From positions 23,126,001-23,190,000 of the forward strand of contig JBHGNT010000004.1 in assembly GCA_043228905.1 (NCBI GenBank): a stretch of 64,000 nucleotides of DNA, written 5' to 3'. The notes under the pieces are model-generated. The model worked only from the letters and a program-made list of their open reading frames with translations. It did not search any database and was not told where the DNA came from. Below, piece after piece: positions 12,500-27,000 of the stretch (positions are counted from its first letter, which is position 1; each line of letters opens with the position of its first letter). The position numbers and the translations under genes were made by a program. Source of the stretch: Azolla caroliniana (Eukaryota; Plantae; Polypodiophyta).

Positions 12500-15400
12500 T
12501 GGAATTGGATTCGGAAGGGGGTTACAACGTGCACATGAACTATCGCAGCAGTAACGACACCCCAGGAGGACCGGAGGATGAGGAGTCAGATACATTACCG
12601 ACACCGGAACCAGAGTTGGCAGACCGGGAACCTCCGGCACTAGACGTGGAGCAACCTCCGGTGACGACAAAAGACCGGCAAAAACCTCCAACACCGGAAG
12701 TCGAGCCGGCAACACCAAAGGAAGACTGACAAAGACCTCCGACGCCGACGGAACAACAGGAAAGACCACCGACACCACCAGCCCGCGTACCGACAACGGA
12801 CGACGACATGTCGTTCTAGTACTCCAAGTATAGGGATGATCCTGATGCAGAGGCTCATGTTCACGCGTTTCAACAAACATGGGAGGCGAACCATGTGTCA
12901 CAACGGTTAACCGCGGTAGAAGAGGAACGATCTAAGATAGCCGAATTCGGCGTGACATTGGAAGGACCGGCCGCTAGATGGCACTGGACGCAGGATCGCA
13001 ACACCATCACCACCTTTGCGGACCTGAAAGATAAATTCTTGCACTTCTTTCAGAAGGAGGTGGACCAGAGAGAAATGGTGGGCCTATTTTATACCATCCG
13101 GCAGGACCCCGGGGAGAGCATTCCGTAGTTTGTCATCCGGTTTCAACGGATGCACAATCAACTTACCCGCGCACCTCCGGAGGAAGAAACACGACGTATA
13201 TTCTTAGCTGCGCTCCGGGAACCTCTACGAACGGTATGCACGGTCATCGACTTTCGCACAAGCACCGTTGACCAGGTCATCGACCGGGTTAGAGAAATGG
13301 AGAAAACGAGCTCTTGGCTAACAATGGGAGCCCTCCAACGAGCATTACCAACCGATGAAGATCTCTGTTTCCGACAAGCAATCCAATGCACGATCTGCTT
13401 AAATTCCGAACACTCGTCACTGGAGTGCACCATCCGGACGCATTGCTTACTCTGCCAATCTACGAGCCACACGATGGACCGGTGTGAATATAATTTATTG
13501 AATCGGCAAGCACCACCAGTCCGGCAAATCGAGCCACGTAGCAGTCGAGACGAAGAAGACATACAATGGCGGTGAGAGGAGCGATATCGACCGGCACAGG
13601 ATGTCCGATACGACGATCGGCGAGACAACTATGACCGGTACAAGAGATATGACAAGTACCGAGATTACAATGGGCGGTACAAGCATCACAACCGGGATCA
13701 CTCCCCCGTGTATCATCAACGACGGGAAGATTACGGGAGGTATGACGACCAACCCTGGCAAGGGTACCGCAACAAAAAGAACTTTAATAAAAAACGGCAT
13801 TTCAAAAACGGGAGCCACCCACGTGAACCGGAAAAAGGCGCCTCAAGCAGCCAACCAGACCAGAGCCCTGCGGTTACCACAGGTCCTCCACCGGGTACAA
13901 GAAACAATGCCGAATCCAGCAATACCCGGAAAGCATATTGCTATTATTGCCGGCAAGAAGGACATTATAGTAATCAATGTCCGGAAAAGAACTATCATAA
14001 GCGACCGACAGTAAACATGGTAGTCGCCAAAGTCGCAGACCTACAGCAGGTCACCATAAGGTCGAAGGGCAAGACGACGGAATGGGAGACACAAGAGGCC
14101 ATCCGGAAACAGGCAACAGAATGGGTGAAAAAAGCAAATGAGCGAAATGTAGCAGAACTTGCGCAGCAAAAGGAGAACACCGAAGAGCTCGCCGACGACA
14201 GTCAGTCCGAAAACGCGACATGGCAGACATTGCAGGAATGCCAGATCACGCTACCATTAGGACGACTCTTGCAGCTAGTACCAAGATTCACAGAAGGACT
14301 CAAGCCCGGCATGATGACAAGCGGTACACCACTGGCTCCGGCATTCTTCTCAAATCCGGAGGAGGAACCGGCGGTGGTGGACACCAACAGTCCGGCAATT
14401 ACTGCCATTGTGAAAGGGAAAGAACTCCCAGACACGATAATAGACGGAGGCTCCGACGTTAATGTAATAAGCCTCCGGACTTGCGATGCGCTTGGAATCC
14501 AAGAGTGGGAGCCATGTCCGTTCTGGCTCCGAATGGCGGACACAAGCTCAGTGCGATCGACAGGATTAATACGGGACTTAGAAGTAACCATCGGGGGCCA
14601 CACATTCCGAATCTCAGCCGTAGTTCTCCAATTGCAGGCTCAAGGAGCGTACCCATTATTGTTGGGACGCCCTTGGTTAAAGACGACACACATCAAGCAG
14701 AACTGGAGGAGGAATATGATTACGTTCCGACGGGGAAAAGCGAAGGTACGGGTACCAACACAACCAAGGAAGGGCACCGACAAGGATCTGACATCGTTAT
14801 ATGTGGAGTGCGTCAATATGTTGGAAGGATTAGCAGACGAAGAAGAAGATCAGTACTTGCAGGAGAACCCGAAGATTGTACCTCTATTCGAAATTGACGT
14901 CGCCGAAGCGGTATCACCCTACTTATTGCAACTGGACGGAACTGAAGCAGGACCGGATAGAGAAGCAATCCGGGAGTTACGGCAAGCGCAGGAGGCGTTG
15001 GAAAGAGAAATGGCCGTATCACAGCGCGTAAAAGCGTCTCAATTAGAAGAGGTAAATCTAGGAACGGCGGAGGAGGCAAAATCGGTGCACGTCGCCAAAG
15101 AAATGAATGCAGAGAACAAAACGGCGATAATTACACTCCTCAACGAGTTTCGCGACGTATTTGCCTGGTCTTACGAGGATATAAGAGGGCTGGATCCTCA
15201 GTTGTAGCAGCACCAGATACATCTGAGCAAAGATGCCAAGCCGGTAGCACAACGTCGGTACCGGATGAACCCAAACTACGCCGCCAAAGTAAAGGAGGAA
15301 ATCGACAAATTGCTGAGGGTTGGCTTCATCCGTCCCGTAAAGAAATCTACATGGCTGAGCCTGATCGTAGTCGTACCGAAGAAGAACAACAAAATTAGAG

Positions 15401-17880
15401 TTTGTGTCGACTACCGGAAGCTCAATGCGGCAACGGTAACGGATGCATTTCCACTTCCGTTTACGGATGGAGTTTTGGATGCCGTCGCCGGCCATGAAGT
15501 CTATAGTTTCTTGGACGGATTCAACGGGTATAATCAGATCCGGATGCACCCGGATGATCAAGAGAAAATGGCTTTCGTCACCGAATGGGGAGTGTTTGTT
15601 GCCATGGTGATGATGTTCGGACTGAAAACGGCACCGACAACATTCCAACGAATCATCATGGAGATCTTCGGCGAATACATACCAGCTTTTATGCAGGTGT
15701 TCCTTGACGACTTCTCCGTCTATGGCCGAGAAGAAGATCATTTGCAACACCTCAGACTATGTCTAGAGAAGTGTAGGGCGTATCGGCTAAGCCTGAATCC
15801 GGCGAAGTGTGTATTTGGAGTGTCCAGCGGAATGCTACTAGGGCATATTGTGAGCAAGGAAGACATTGCCGTGGATCCGGACAAAGTAAAAGCGATCCGA
15901 GAGGCACCAACACCAAAAACGGCAAAGGCATTGAGCCGTTTCTTAGGACAAATCCGCTGGCATAGCCGGATGCTCTGATATTTGGCGGACCTGGCTACAC
16001 CTCTGCATGCGGCAGTACACCGAACACCGTTCCAATGGACAGACGTCGAAGACAAGGCGAACTGGGCACTAAAGGTATTATTGTCACAAGCACCGGTAGT
16101 GCAGCCTCCGGATTGGAGTAAAGAGTTTCATGTGTTTGTGGACGCCTCTGACATCGCAATCGGCATCGCGCTCATGCAACTTACCGAGCCAAGGTGGTAC
16201 TGGCCAATGTACTATGCCAGCCATAAGCTATCCCAAGCGGAACAAAATTATTCTACCACGGAAAGGGAAGCTTTAGGAATGATCTACAATGTAACAAAAT
16301 TCAGGCATTATTTATTGGGAAGAAAGTTCTCCTTCCATGTAGATCATTCAACACTCCTCTACCTAGTATCCAAAGCGTCACTTACCGGTAAGTTGGCACG
16401 GTGGACCTTGCTGTTGCAGGATTTCGAATTCGAGATATTCCACCGACCCGACATACAGCATGCGGTAGCAGATTATCTAAGCCGGTTAGATTCCGGGGAG
16501 ACAGGTGACGGAGTACCGGATGAGTTTCCGGATGCAGAGCTTTTTCGAGTCACCACGGAAACGACAACAAATGAAATGGTGGCACAAGAAGATAAGTGGC
16601 TAACTAATATGCACCAGTTTCTGAGTACCGGATTGTCTTAGGAGGAGATGAACCGGGACGAGAGAAAACGCCTGGCGGTACAAAGCCGACACTTCTGTTT
16701 ATTACAGGACACGCTATACCACAAAGGTGCGGACGGTATATGGCGACGAGCGGTGCGCAACGACGACAAAGAGGTAATACTACGGGAAGCACACTTCGGA
16801 GTCGCCGGAGGCCATTATGCCGGGGATGCTACAGCTAGGAAGATATTGTAAAGTGGCCTATGGTGGCCGACTACATTGAAGGACGCAGTCCGGTATGTGA
16901 AAGAGTGTGATCTATGCCAGCGAATGGGCCAGCCAACGGAACAAGCTAGGATGCCGCACCAACCAGTACTACCGCTAGAACCATTTCAGAAATGGGGACT
17001 GAATTTTGTCGGACCATTTAAACCACCGGCATTGAGAACTGGCAACCGGTATGTGATTGTCGCGACGGACTACTGCACTAAATGGGTGGAAGCCAAAGCC
17101 TTACGAGATAACACCGCAACGTCAACAACAAAATTCTTATACGAATGCATTTGGTGACACTACGGATGCCCAATAGAGCTGATAAGCGATCAAGGAGGGC
17201 ACTTTCTGGGACAGGCAGTGGAGAGCTTGACGTCATTCTATGCGGTAGTACATAAACGGAGCACCCCGTACTACCCACAAGCCAACAGATTAGCGGAATC
17301 AACAAACAAAACACTACGGAATATCCTGCGCAAGATCGTCAATGAAAATCGGACAGGTTGGGACACGAAGCTGCACAGTGCGCTCTGGGCTTATCGGACA
17401 GCGTACAAAACAAGTATCCGAACAACGCCGTTCCGGTTAGCATTTGGATTAGAGGCAGTCATGATAGTCGAATTCTAGGTACTGAGCTTACGGATTCAGA
17501 TTCGGGAACGACTCAATGAAAAAGAATCAGAGGCAATTCGGTTAAAGGTTCTGTGTGAACTAGAGGAACATCGACTGGCGAGCATCATGCACCTGGAATT
17601 GGAACAACGACGACGGAAAGCGTTTGTAGATCGGCACCGGAAGGGAAACGAGAAAATGTTCGAAATTGGCAAGCCGGTACTCGTGTTCCAGACCCGGATG
17701 GGTAAAATGCCAGGCAAACTACGGTTTAGATGGACCAGACCGTACTGGATCACACTCGAGTTCAATGGATCCTACCAGTTAAGGACACTTGCTGGCGAAG
17801 TGTAGGGTAAATGGGTCAACGGATTTAGACTAAAGCCATACAAAGGACCTATACCCAAGAACCCATTTGCACGAAGGACC
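12500..17880 (+). pseudogene. Gypsy-1 gag-pol (non-chromovirus), broken by nonsense codons
   Basis: Gag, zinc knuckle CYYCRQEGHYSNQC, protease IIDGGSDVN, RT (CVDYRKLN, FLDGFNGYNQ, VFLDDF), RNase H (FVDASD, TEREALG), integrase ([24 protein letters not shown]). Order is PR-RT-RH-INT. No chromodomain and no 3' LTR seen. Confidence 0.95.
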
Positions 17881-18650
17881 GCCACCGAATCAGATGTTGG
17901 CAGGCCAACCACGACGACAACCCGTGAGGAAAATGGCTACCACCAAGCCGGTAAGGGGGAGCATGAGCCGAAAACCGGGGAAAGCATAACGACGGCAAAC
18001 CGTCAAGAGGCTGGCAAGGTGCGCGTTGTCGTGCCTTTCGGCTCCGGATCGTTTGCGTGAGTCGGGTGGGAACCACTGAGGTTTTGGACTAGGAGAAAGA
18101 AGAATATGAGATGAGGCTATTAATGAATAGATTATTAGAAAGAGAGATAGAAATTTCGTGAATCCCACGAGTGTATTTTATTCGATTAATCAATATTTAG
18201 ATAAGAATATGTATTTAGATTGAAAGAAAGATATAAGAAATTTGTGAATCCCACAAGTATAGATTATATTATTTTCGTGAATCCCACGATTATATTAATC
18301 GGTTGGTGTTTTCGGAAATATATCCAATTTCCAAATATTTCACACGCCTATTACATTGTGCTCCCCATCCTTATGTAGTGATGGGAGAGACTAAGCATAG
18401 CTACATGCTTTTTTTTCTAATATGTTCATGCACACTAAATGTGCATGTGATGCTTTTCTAATCCTTGCTTTTATTTGCTAAATATAGTGCTCATGCACGC
18501 TAGATGTGCATGAGTCACTTTTTAGTTGCTTGCGTTTTTCTATAAAATATTCACGCACTCTAAAAATGCACGATTTACCTTTTAATAAAGGTAGGTGCAA
18601 ATAAAGCACTTATAGTTATTAAATCTATTTGTAGAACACTAAAGATAAGG

Positions 18651-18712
18651 TAGCATAATGGTAAAGTTGAGGTTTGGCTACGTGGAGGTATAGGGTTTGA
18701 ATCTTGCCCTAT
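18651..18712 (+). other. Degenerate tRNA-like segment (Pol III A-box/B-box)
   Basis: TAGCATAATGGTAAAG ... GGTTTGAATC with tRNA-like spacing (~45 nt). No intact cloverleaf. Confidence 0.4.
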
Positions 18713-21700
18713 GCACGTGATAAATATTTTGATATTCTTATTTTATTTATTTATATGTAATTAAATCGTTTATATTATTTTTACTTTTTCACGTAGTGTA
18801 CGAAATACACTACGACAGCGTTTCGGGACCAGGGAAAATTAACCACACAATTTGGGTTTAGGGTTTATAAAAGGAGGGGGAGAGGATTCATTTGGGTCTT
18901 CTTCGACGATTTTGTTTAAGCTTTTTGGCATTTTGTTGGCTTGCGGAGAAGGAATCGCTCACCACTTTCCACTCTCATCTTGCGGCGTTTGGGAGCTCTC
19001 GGAGATTCGGGTGAAGGTAAATAATTTCTTCACTTCCCCATTGGTACCTCCTCTTCTGCTTGGCTGGTCGCCGTGGTCTTCGTCATCGCCAAGCTCTCCA
19101 CGAATTCATGACAAGATTCGAATAGCTCGATTACCGATTGTTTGAAGGGAGTACAGAGTGGCCCGAAGACACTACTCCAACACAAAGGCACCATGGCCAT
19201 CAGTAGTACTTGCGGTCTTAGAAATCCACTCAACTCACCCTCAATAGAAGCTCTGAGTCGTCGCCATTATCTCCTATCTCCTATTTTTGTTTACTATTTG
19301 CTTTGGAAAAACCATTGCATTCGTGGCATTAGTTGTGAAGCCAACTCAACATTTGTAAGAAAAACCTTGTTTTTGATTGATGTTATGATTTGGGCATTTA
19401 AACTTGGTGGTTTGTCGTTAATCACGTGTTAGTATTGTGTATTACATCATTAACCATGAGATTAACTTCTCCATCGTTCGTCGTTCGCATCGTCATCAAC
19501 ATGGTCTATCTTTGACTCATTTGTTATCTCCAACTCCTTGCTTACCTACTGTTGAGAATCAAGCTCAACCTAGTGCAACGTGTGAACACACCCTTTGAGA
19601 ATCTATGATCACTCAAAGGTCAAGAGTCACACCACTACTCTCTACACATTAACTATGTGTCATAGAATCATATTCTATGGCACATAACTAATGAGTTCCA
19701 TATTCCCCATGACTATGAGTCTTCACATTCTCCAAGAGAGAGTAGTTGTTGTAGTGAGTTAATGAAGAGAGAGGGTGACCTTATATAAAGCACCCTTCTC
19801 CTACTTCATACCTAGTCGGTTGTGACTCCTTGTAATGCTATATTTTGTAATTGGTATTCTCCTTCTGAATATAGACCTTCTTCTTGAGTACTCTATTTTC
19901 CATTCTGTCTAATCTATCTTGTGTTTTCTCTTCTCTCATCCTTTTCCTCACGTACACACACATAACACACATCGAATCATATCCGATTCTTTACATGGTA
20001 TCAAAGCAAGGTTGGTAGCTCGATCTAGCCCATCCGCGTGTGTTGTGTTCTAAGCCGATGTTCAAGAAGAACCGACTCATCGCTATCGTAGTGCGACTAC
20101 ATAGCTTGTGTTCGAGAGAGAAGGAAAAGAAGAAGGAGATCTTCATCGACAATGAATACTCAAATGGGGAGCGCTCTCCCTAAAGAAAAGTTGGATCGAA
20201 CCAACTTTGTATCTTGAGAGTACAAGATGCACCAATACCATGTCAGTCAAGGATATTGGAGCTACATCAAAGGAGCACAAGAAAATCAACCCGACCTGAA
20301 AGACACCAACTACTCAACATGGGAGCAAGTGGCAAGCTGAGTGATGTATTGCTTGGTGACATGTGTTCATGATCACATGCTCGACTACACTCAAGAAGCC
20401 GTGACACCGAAGGAAGCGCGGGAGAATCTACAGAAGATTTTCACGGCCAACACAACCGCAAGAAAGCTTCAACTCTACCAAGAGTTGAATAATATCCAAC
20501 AAAGGGATATGCCCATCACAAGCTATACCATGAAGATCAAGGAGCTTTGTGACTCGCTCGGCTCAATAAGCGTCAATGTGCACAATGATGAGATGGTGCA
20601 AATATGCCTCGGCAACCTTGCACCATGGTTCAGCGCGATGAGGACAACCATACTAGCACGGGAGAATCCTCCCTCTTTCTTCGATCTTCAATCCATGTTG
20701 TTGGTTGAAGAAAACCATGTTCGAACAAGGAGCAACACCTCGGAAGGCCACATGCTCTACATGCATTCGGACGTAGGAAGAGGACGCGACCGAGCAAGAG
20801 GCCGATTTGGCCAAGGACGAGGCGGACGAGGTCTGACTCACGAAAATAACTCCCAATTTTGGCAACAAGACAGAAGCCATCGAGTAACCTTCGAAAGAAG
20901 GGGGAGCTTCCATTCCAGCCCGAGCCGACAAACCTCAATCAAATATGGATATTGCGGCAAAATCGGTCACCATGAAGAAGAGTGCCGAAAGAAGATGTGC
21001 AAGTCGACTTCCACTAGCCGACAACTCACCAATTACGCCACCAACTCCGACTATGACGGTCATGGAGGAATGTTTGTGATGAGACATAGAGCAAATTCTA
21101 TGTCATCTTCTACTTCAACTAGTGCCTCCAGTCCAAAAGATGTATGGTTTGTCGACTCCAGTGCCTTGAACCATATGACGCCTCATCAAGAATGGTTCCG
21201 AGAACTTTGAGAGCCGGACTGACCCGACTATGTCGAAACTGGAGACAACACTACTCATCTGATTTGGCACATTGACAATGTTCCGTTCGAAAAAGGCGTA
21301 CTTGATGTAATTTATTCCGATGTATGCAGACAAGATCAGACGGCTACATTCGGCGAATGTCAATACTATGTGGCCTTCATCGACGACTTCTCTAGGCACA
21401 CTTGGATCTACCCCATGCGGCAAAAGAGCGAAGTGTTTAGACACTTCCAAAAATTCAAGAGTGGAGTCGAAAAGGAAACAAGTTGACATGTACAATGTAT
21501 TCGGTTGGTTGGAGGAAAAGGGTACTTCTTCGACGAATTTTCGGCTTTTCTTTAAAAAGAAGGAATTCGATGAGAAATTTTGTGTTGACATATGCCACAA
21601 CAAAATGGAGTAGCTGAACAAAAGAATCGGCACATGCTGGAAGTAGCACGGGCCATGCTTAACAATAAGCACATGTCGGAGTTGTACTAGGTAGAAGCCG

Positions 21701-22602
21701 CCAACACAACCGTCTACCTAATGAACCGGTGTCGCGTATCTTCGCGTATGCGTGTGAATCTAGGCGGGACCGCGGGGGCCTCAAACCGAAGAGCTTAAGA
21801 AGGGGGGGCGAAGAGCAAGACAGACGGACGATGCGTAAGACGTTCGGTATCAGGGTGCACAGGGCACTACCAGCACAGCCGAAATCGGAGCAACACGATA
21901 TGTGACCAACAAAACGGGTACCAACAATTGATTAGATGACAAAAGAATCACAACCAGCCAATCCGGTGTCGTGAAGAAAACCGTCCACAAGCGGAATCAG
22001 TGCACAGGAGCGTAGGAACCGGCTCTTCTCGAATGTTGTCCATAGAAGATCCTAGGCAGGTAGATTTAGTGGGTAGGAAGTAAAGGGGAAACGGCTCCTT
22101 CCTGGCCTATAAAAAGGAGGGAGACGAGAAGGGGGAGGGGATCGCGGAGAGTCGAGGACGAAGTGCTGTCGGTTTGCGTGGGAAGGCTTCTCTCTCTCTC
22201 TCTCTGGTTCGCAAACTCCATAGCTTCCTTCTGTGCAGGTTTCGGGAGGCTCGCGCTGCTCTGAGGAATGCCCGAGTGCTTCCGGCAGCACCTCCAACCT
22301 GCTCCTGTCTTTCTTTGCGTTTTCGAACAGGCATCGACATCTGATCGCCGGCCTATTCGGTTGTAACCGACTTCGTGTTTTTGTTGCTTCCGTGTTCTTG
22401 TTGTTGTCTTTGTTAATACATACATACATTCGTGTCTCTTTGTGTCGCTGTCCCACTCGCGTCTTTGTGTCGAAGGGCCGTGTCCCTGTGAATCTACGCT
22501 CGCATGTAGTGGGTCTCTTGTCCTTTCTCTCTTGCTCTTCGGTACAGGACCCCTGAGGTCCCGCCTCATTCCACGCATCCGCGAGGAAAACCTCGACATC
22601 TT

Positions 22603-22620
22603 TGGTGAACCCGACGTGAA
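22603..22620 (+). promoter_or_regulatory. PBS complementary to tRNA-Trp
   Basis: TGGTGAACCCGACGTGAA is the reverse complement of the plant cytosolic tRNA-Trp 3' end (...TTCACGTCGGGTTCACCA, recalled). The same PBS with one mismatch is at 38202 in Gypsy-E. Confidence 0.8.
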
Positions 22621-23943
22621 GGAAGCGGCAGAAGAGCAGAAGATGAAAGGGTCGGATCTTGCGGAGGCCATGGCTTCGGCCGTGGATCGGATATTGAGTG
22701 CACGCGAGGGCACCGGCGCCCTCGACGGAGCCATTGAGGCGGTCGTCGGTACGATCGGCTGGTTCAGCGGAAAGGATGCCACGAAGTATTTGGCGTCCTA
22801 CGGGGCAGAAATGCTGATGCGGGACATTCCGGAAGAGAGGCGTCTTGCCGGGTTTCCTCGAGTGGCGATGCCGAGCATCCATGCGGAGGTGCTCGAGGTG
22901 CGGGCGGAGAGCCGTACCTGGGAGGAGTTCGAAGGCCGACTCCTAGAAAAATACGGGCTGGACGATGCGCTCCGGCTTTCGAAACGGGACTTCATGGAAT
23001 GGGTGGAGTCCCCCGGCAAGGGAAGAAACGCATCGGCACTCCTCAGAGAGTTCGAAGAACGCTTTGCGCGCCTTTTGGCGCTTGACCGAACCGTTCTGGA
23101 TATGAGCCAGGTCCTATTGTTCGTCAAGTCGGTGGACGAGCGGGACAGGGATCAAGTCGGCTCCTTGCTGGAAACCGAAGACGGGCTGACAACTGACTGG
23201 GCTGCGGTTAAGAGAGTCTGTGGCCGTTTCGACAAACGGCGAGAATGGGCTGACAGCGGGGCGGCCGGTGCGGGCTCTGTCACAGCAAGGAGGCTTGAAC
23301 TGGCACCGCAAGTGCGAAGGGAAGAAACCCGAGAATGGCTCGAAACCGGTCCGGCTTTGGCCGGCATGGTCAATGGCTCGTCCGGAGGGGCAACGCTGGA
23401 GGAGTTGACGTGGGCGATAAAGGATCTCCAGATCGCCCAGACTCGAAGGGAATGCGGCGAACCGGCTCGTGATCGACGGCCGGCAGCGGGGAACAGGTGC
23501 ATGTGGTGCGACGAGGTCGGCCACATTCGGAAGGACTGCGGCGATTTCGCAGAGGCGTTGAGGAACCGGGTGGTGTACCTGTGGGAAGGCCGGGTGCACG
23601 CCAGCGACACCAGGAGGGCCCTGAACCGAAACGACGGGCGAGGAGGAATGAAGAGACTGATGGAAGAGGCAGCGGCCCGACACGTGGAGGCCATCCACTA
23701 CTCGGCGTCGGCCGACATTCGGGTCGGGGGCAGCGAGGCCCGAAAGGAGGGCAAAGACGGATTCTGGTCGGCAATGCTGGAAGGTCTCGCCGGCGCGCGA
23801 CTAAGGAAAGATGAAACGGACCGTGTTGAGAGACGGGTCCGGGAAATAACCGGGTGGAGCGACCCGGTCGAGGAGAAGACGGGCTTCGTAGAAGCCGCCT
23901 GCCAGAACTACGAGGCTCTGGTAGAAGACAAACGAGTGGGGAA

Positions 23944-24034
23944 TGTTGGGAGACAAGGGGCCGTCAGTGCGGAAGATCAAGGAGCATTCGATTGCTGTTG
24001 AGTATACCTGCGTATGACAGATTGTAGGTCGTTG

Positions 24035-24078
<44 letters not shown>

Positions 24079-27000
24079 CACAAAAGACTTTCTTATTCAA
24101 CAAAGCAATAATACAACACCCAACCTTACAAGAGGGTTACAAGGTCAATATATATAGCGACCGACTTAGGGCAACTACCCTTTATGCTAATTACACAAAT
24201 GGCCCAAAGGGATAGTGTGAATACGTCCATTATACACTTGTATTCGACACTCCCCCGTAATGGGCGTATACATGGGTTATCTAAGATTACAGGTATAGAC
24301 TTAGGTTCTCGGACATATCAGCTTTGTTCGAGTCGGCAGGGTCCGAAGGCAGAAGACCGAACTGGTCGGGTCGGAACAGTTGAAGCCGATCATTAAGGAA
24401 CTGATGTCGGTTGTCGGGAACCATCCTGCTCTGTGTCCGGCTCTAACCGGACTGGTTTGTCGTTACGCCCATCTGATGCCGAAGAAACCGAAAGCAGTCT
24501 GCCGAAAGACACTTGGTCATTCCATCTGCGACATTGTCGGTTGTGGATATTTTCTCTAGACCGATTTTCCCTGAAATGACGCAGTCCCGAACGAAGTGAT
24601 ATCGAACGTCGATATGTTTGGAGGCGTTGTGGTGAACCGGATTTTTCGACAAGGCAACAGCACCTTGACTGTCGCTGTAGACAACTGGAGCCGAGTCATG
24701 GTCGACTTGTCGAAACGTGTGCGCCAGCCGACTGAGCCACAAAGCTTCTTTTGCTGCGTCGGACGCAGCTACATATTCTGCTTCGGTCGTTGAGGTCGCT
24801 GTGCACTCCTGAAGTTTCGACTTCCACGAGATTGCTCCATTGCCGAATTTGAAGCAGTATCCGGTTGTTGATTTCCGACTGTCTATACAGCCGGCGAAGT
24901 CCGAGTCGGTGTAACCGACTACGCCTGAGGTTCGGTTCGGACCGAAAAGAATGCCATGGTCTTTTGTGCCAGCCAGATATCTGAACACATGCTTGACTGC
25001 GTTCCAATGCGATCGGCCAGGATTGTGCATAAATCTGCTAACGACTCCTACGGCATGAGAAATATCAGGCCGTGTCGCGACCATCAGGTACATAAGGGAG
25101 CCGACTGCCGGTGCATACGGTACCGACTTCATATCTTCCCCCTCCGGGCCGGATGTCGGGCAGTCTCGCTGAGAGAGCCGAAGATTCATTGGGAGCGGGG
25201 TTGAAGCAGATTTGGCTGATTGCATGTTGAAGCGTTCCAAGACACGTCGGATATAGTCGGTCTGAGACAAAAAAAGATGTCGTTTATCGCGATGCCGACT
25301 AATCTTCATGCCGAGTATGTGTCGTGCCGGACCGAGGTCCTTCATGGCAAACTTCAACCGCAGTTGCCGAATGAGATCGGCAAGTTCGCCCGCGTGGCGT
25401 CCAGAAATTAGCATGTCGTCCACGTAAATGATGAGGAAGATGGGTGATCCATCTTGAGCTGTGTTGGTGAAGAGACAATGGTCCTCATCGCTTTTTGAGA
25501 AGCCGATCGATTGGATGAAGTCGTCGAACTTCTTGTACCATTGTCGTGGTGCCTGTTTGAGGCCGTATAGACTCTTCCTGAGTCGGCAGACTAGATGTTC
25601 TTGGCCAGTAGCAACGAAGCCTTTTGGCTGCTCCATATAAATTTCCTCCTCGAGATCACCATGGAGGAAGGCTGTTTTGACATCTAGCTGAATCAGCTCC
25701 AAGTTGTCGGCTGCCACTACGCCGAGTAGAAAACGAAGGGTTGTCATTTTCACCACTGGTGAAAAAATCTCGTCGAAGTCGACGCCATATTCTTGTCGGA
25801 AGCCCTTCGCAACTAATCTGGCCTTGTACTTTGGGGTGGTCGAATCAGACGTCTCTTTTAGTCGATAAACCCACTTGCAAGGAAGAGCACGTCGGTTCCT
25901 AGGTAATTCGACCAGATCCCAAGTCTTGTTTGCCCGAATGGAGTGCATTTCCGACTCCATCGCCAGATGCCAGGTGGCGGAATCGACAGATGTCGATGCT
26001 TCTTCGTAAGACGTCGGTTCGCCGGCGTCGGTGAAGAAAATTCCAGGAGAGTACCTCTCCGGAGGTTGCAACAGTCTCTCAGATCGTCGAGGTATGATTG
26101 GACTGGTCGCATCGGGTATCGTGGTCGGATGGTCCGAAAGCGGATTGTTCTGCTGTGCTGAGTCGGAGTTGTCCGAGTCGGTAGTGTAAGGTTCAGCTAC
26201 CCGTGAAGCTGACCGTGTGTTGAGAGCGGGGCCTTCTTGAAGGGTCGGCACATCGGAAAATGTTACCCTTCGGACTTCGATCGGTTTTTCGACTGATGGA
26301 TTCATAGCCGACTCGTTGAACACAACGTCCGAACTTCGAACGATTTGTCTGCGTTCGGGGTCCCAGAGTCGGTATCCCATTTCGCCGTCTGATCCATATC
26401 CAAGGAAAATGCATTTCCTGGACCGAGGTGCAAGTTTTCGGCGATCATCTTTCGGAATAAGGGCGTACGCCTCGCATCCGAAGATCCTCAGCTTGTCGTA
26501 ATTCGGCTTACTGCCGATCCATAGTTCCTGAGGAATTTGAAGTCCTAGAGGTCTACTTGGCGACATATTGATTATGTGTACTGCCGTGAGTAGAGCCTCT
26601 GCCCAGAAGCCATCCGACAGTCCGGAGTGTTGGAGCATGGAAACTATCCTTTCTTGGATTGTCCGATTCATTCGTTCTGCAATCCCGTTTTGCTCCGGAC
26701 TGTGTGGTGCCGTAAATTCACGTCGGATGCCGCGTTGTCGGCAGAATTTGACGAATTCATCGGATTTGAACTCTCCCCCATTGTCGGTCCGAAAGCATTT
26801 CAGTTTTCGGTCGGTTTGATTTTCTACCATAGCGAGCCAATCTGAGAAGATCGAGAAGACCCGATCTTTGGTGCGAATCGGATAAGCCCACACCTTTCGA
26901 GTCGAATCGTCAATAAAAGTGACGAAGTAAGAGGCACCGCCGAGAGACTGATGCGGCATTGGGCCACAGACGTCCGAGTGGACCAAATCGAGAGGTCTCG

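Noticed and set aside
21725-21730. 5-bp TSD reading for Gypsy-A or Gypsy-B
   Set aside because: It would remove the terminal T or A of the TG..CA ends, and B's flanks (tCCGG / CCGGt) match only over 4 bp.
22052-22882. Antisense ORFs of 200-276 aa over the Gypsy-B LTRs (also 33890-34608)
   Set aside because: GC-rich LTR sequence with no recognisable domain, duplicated only because the LTRs are.
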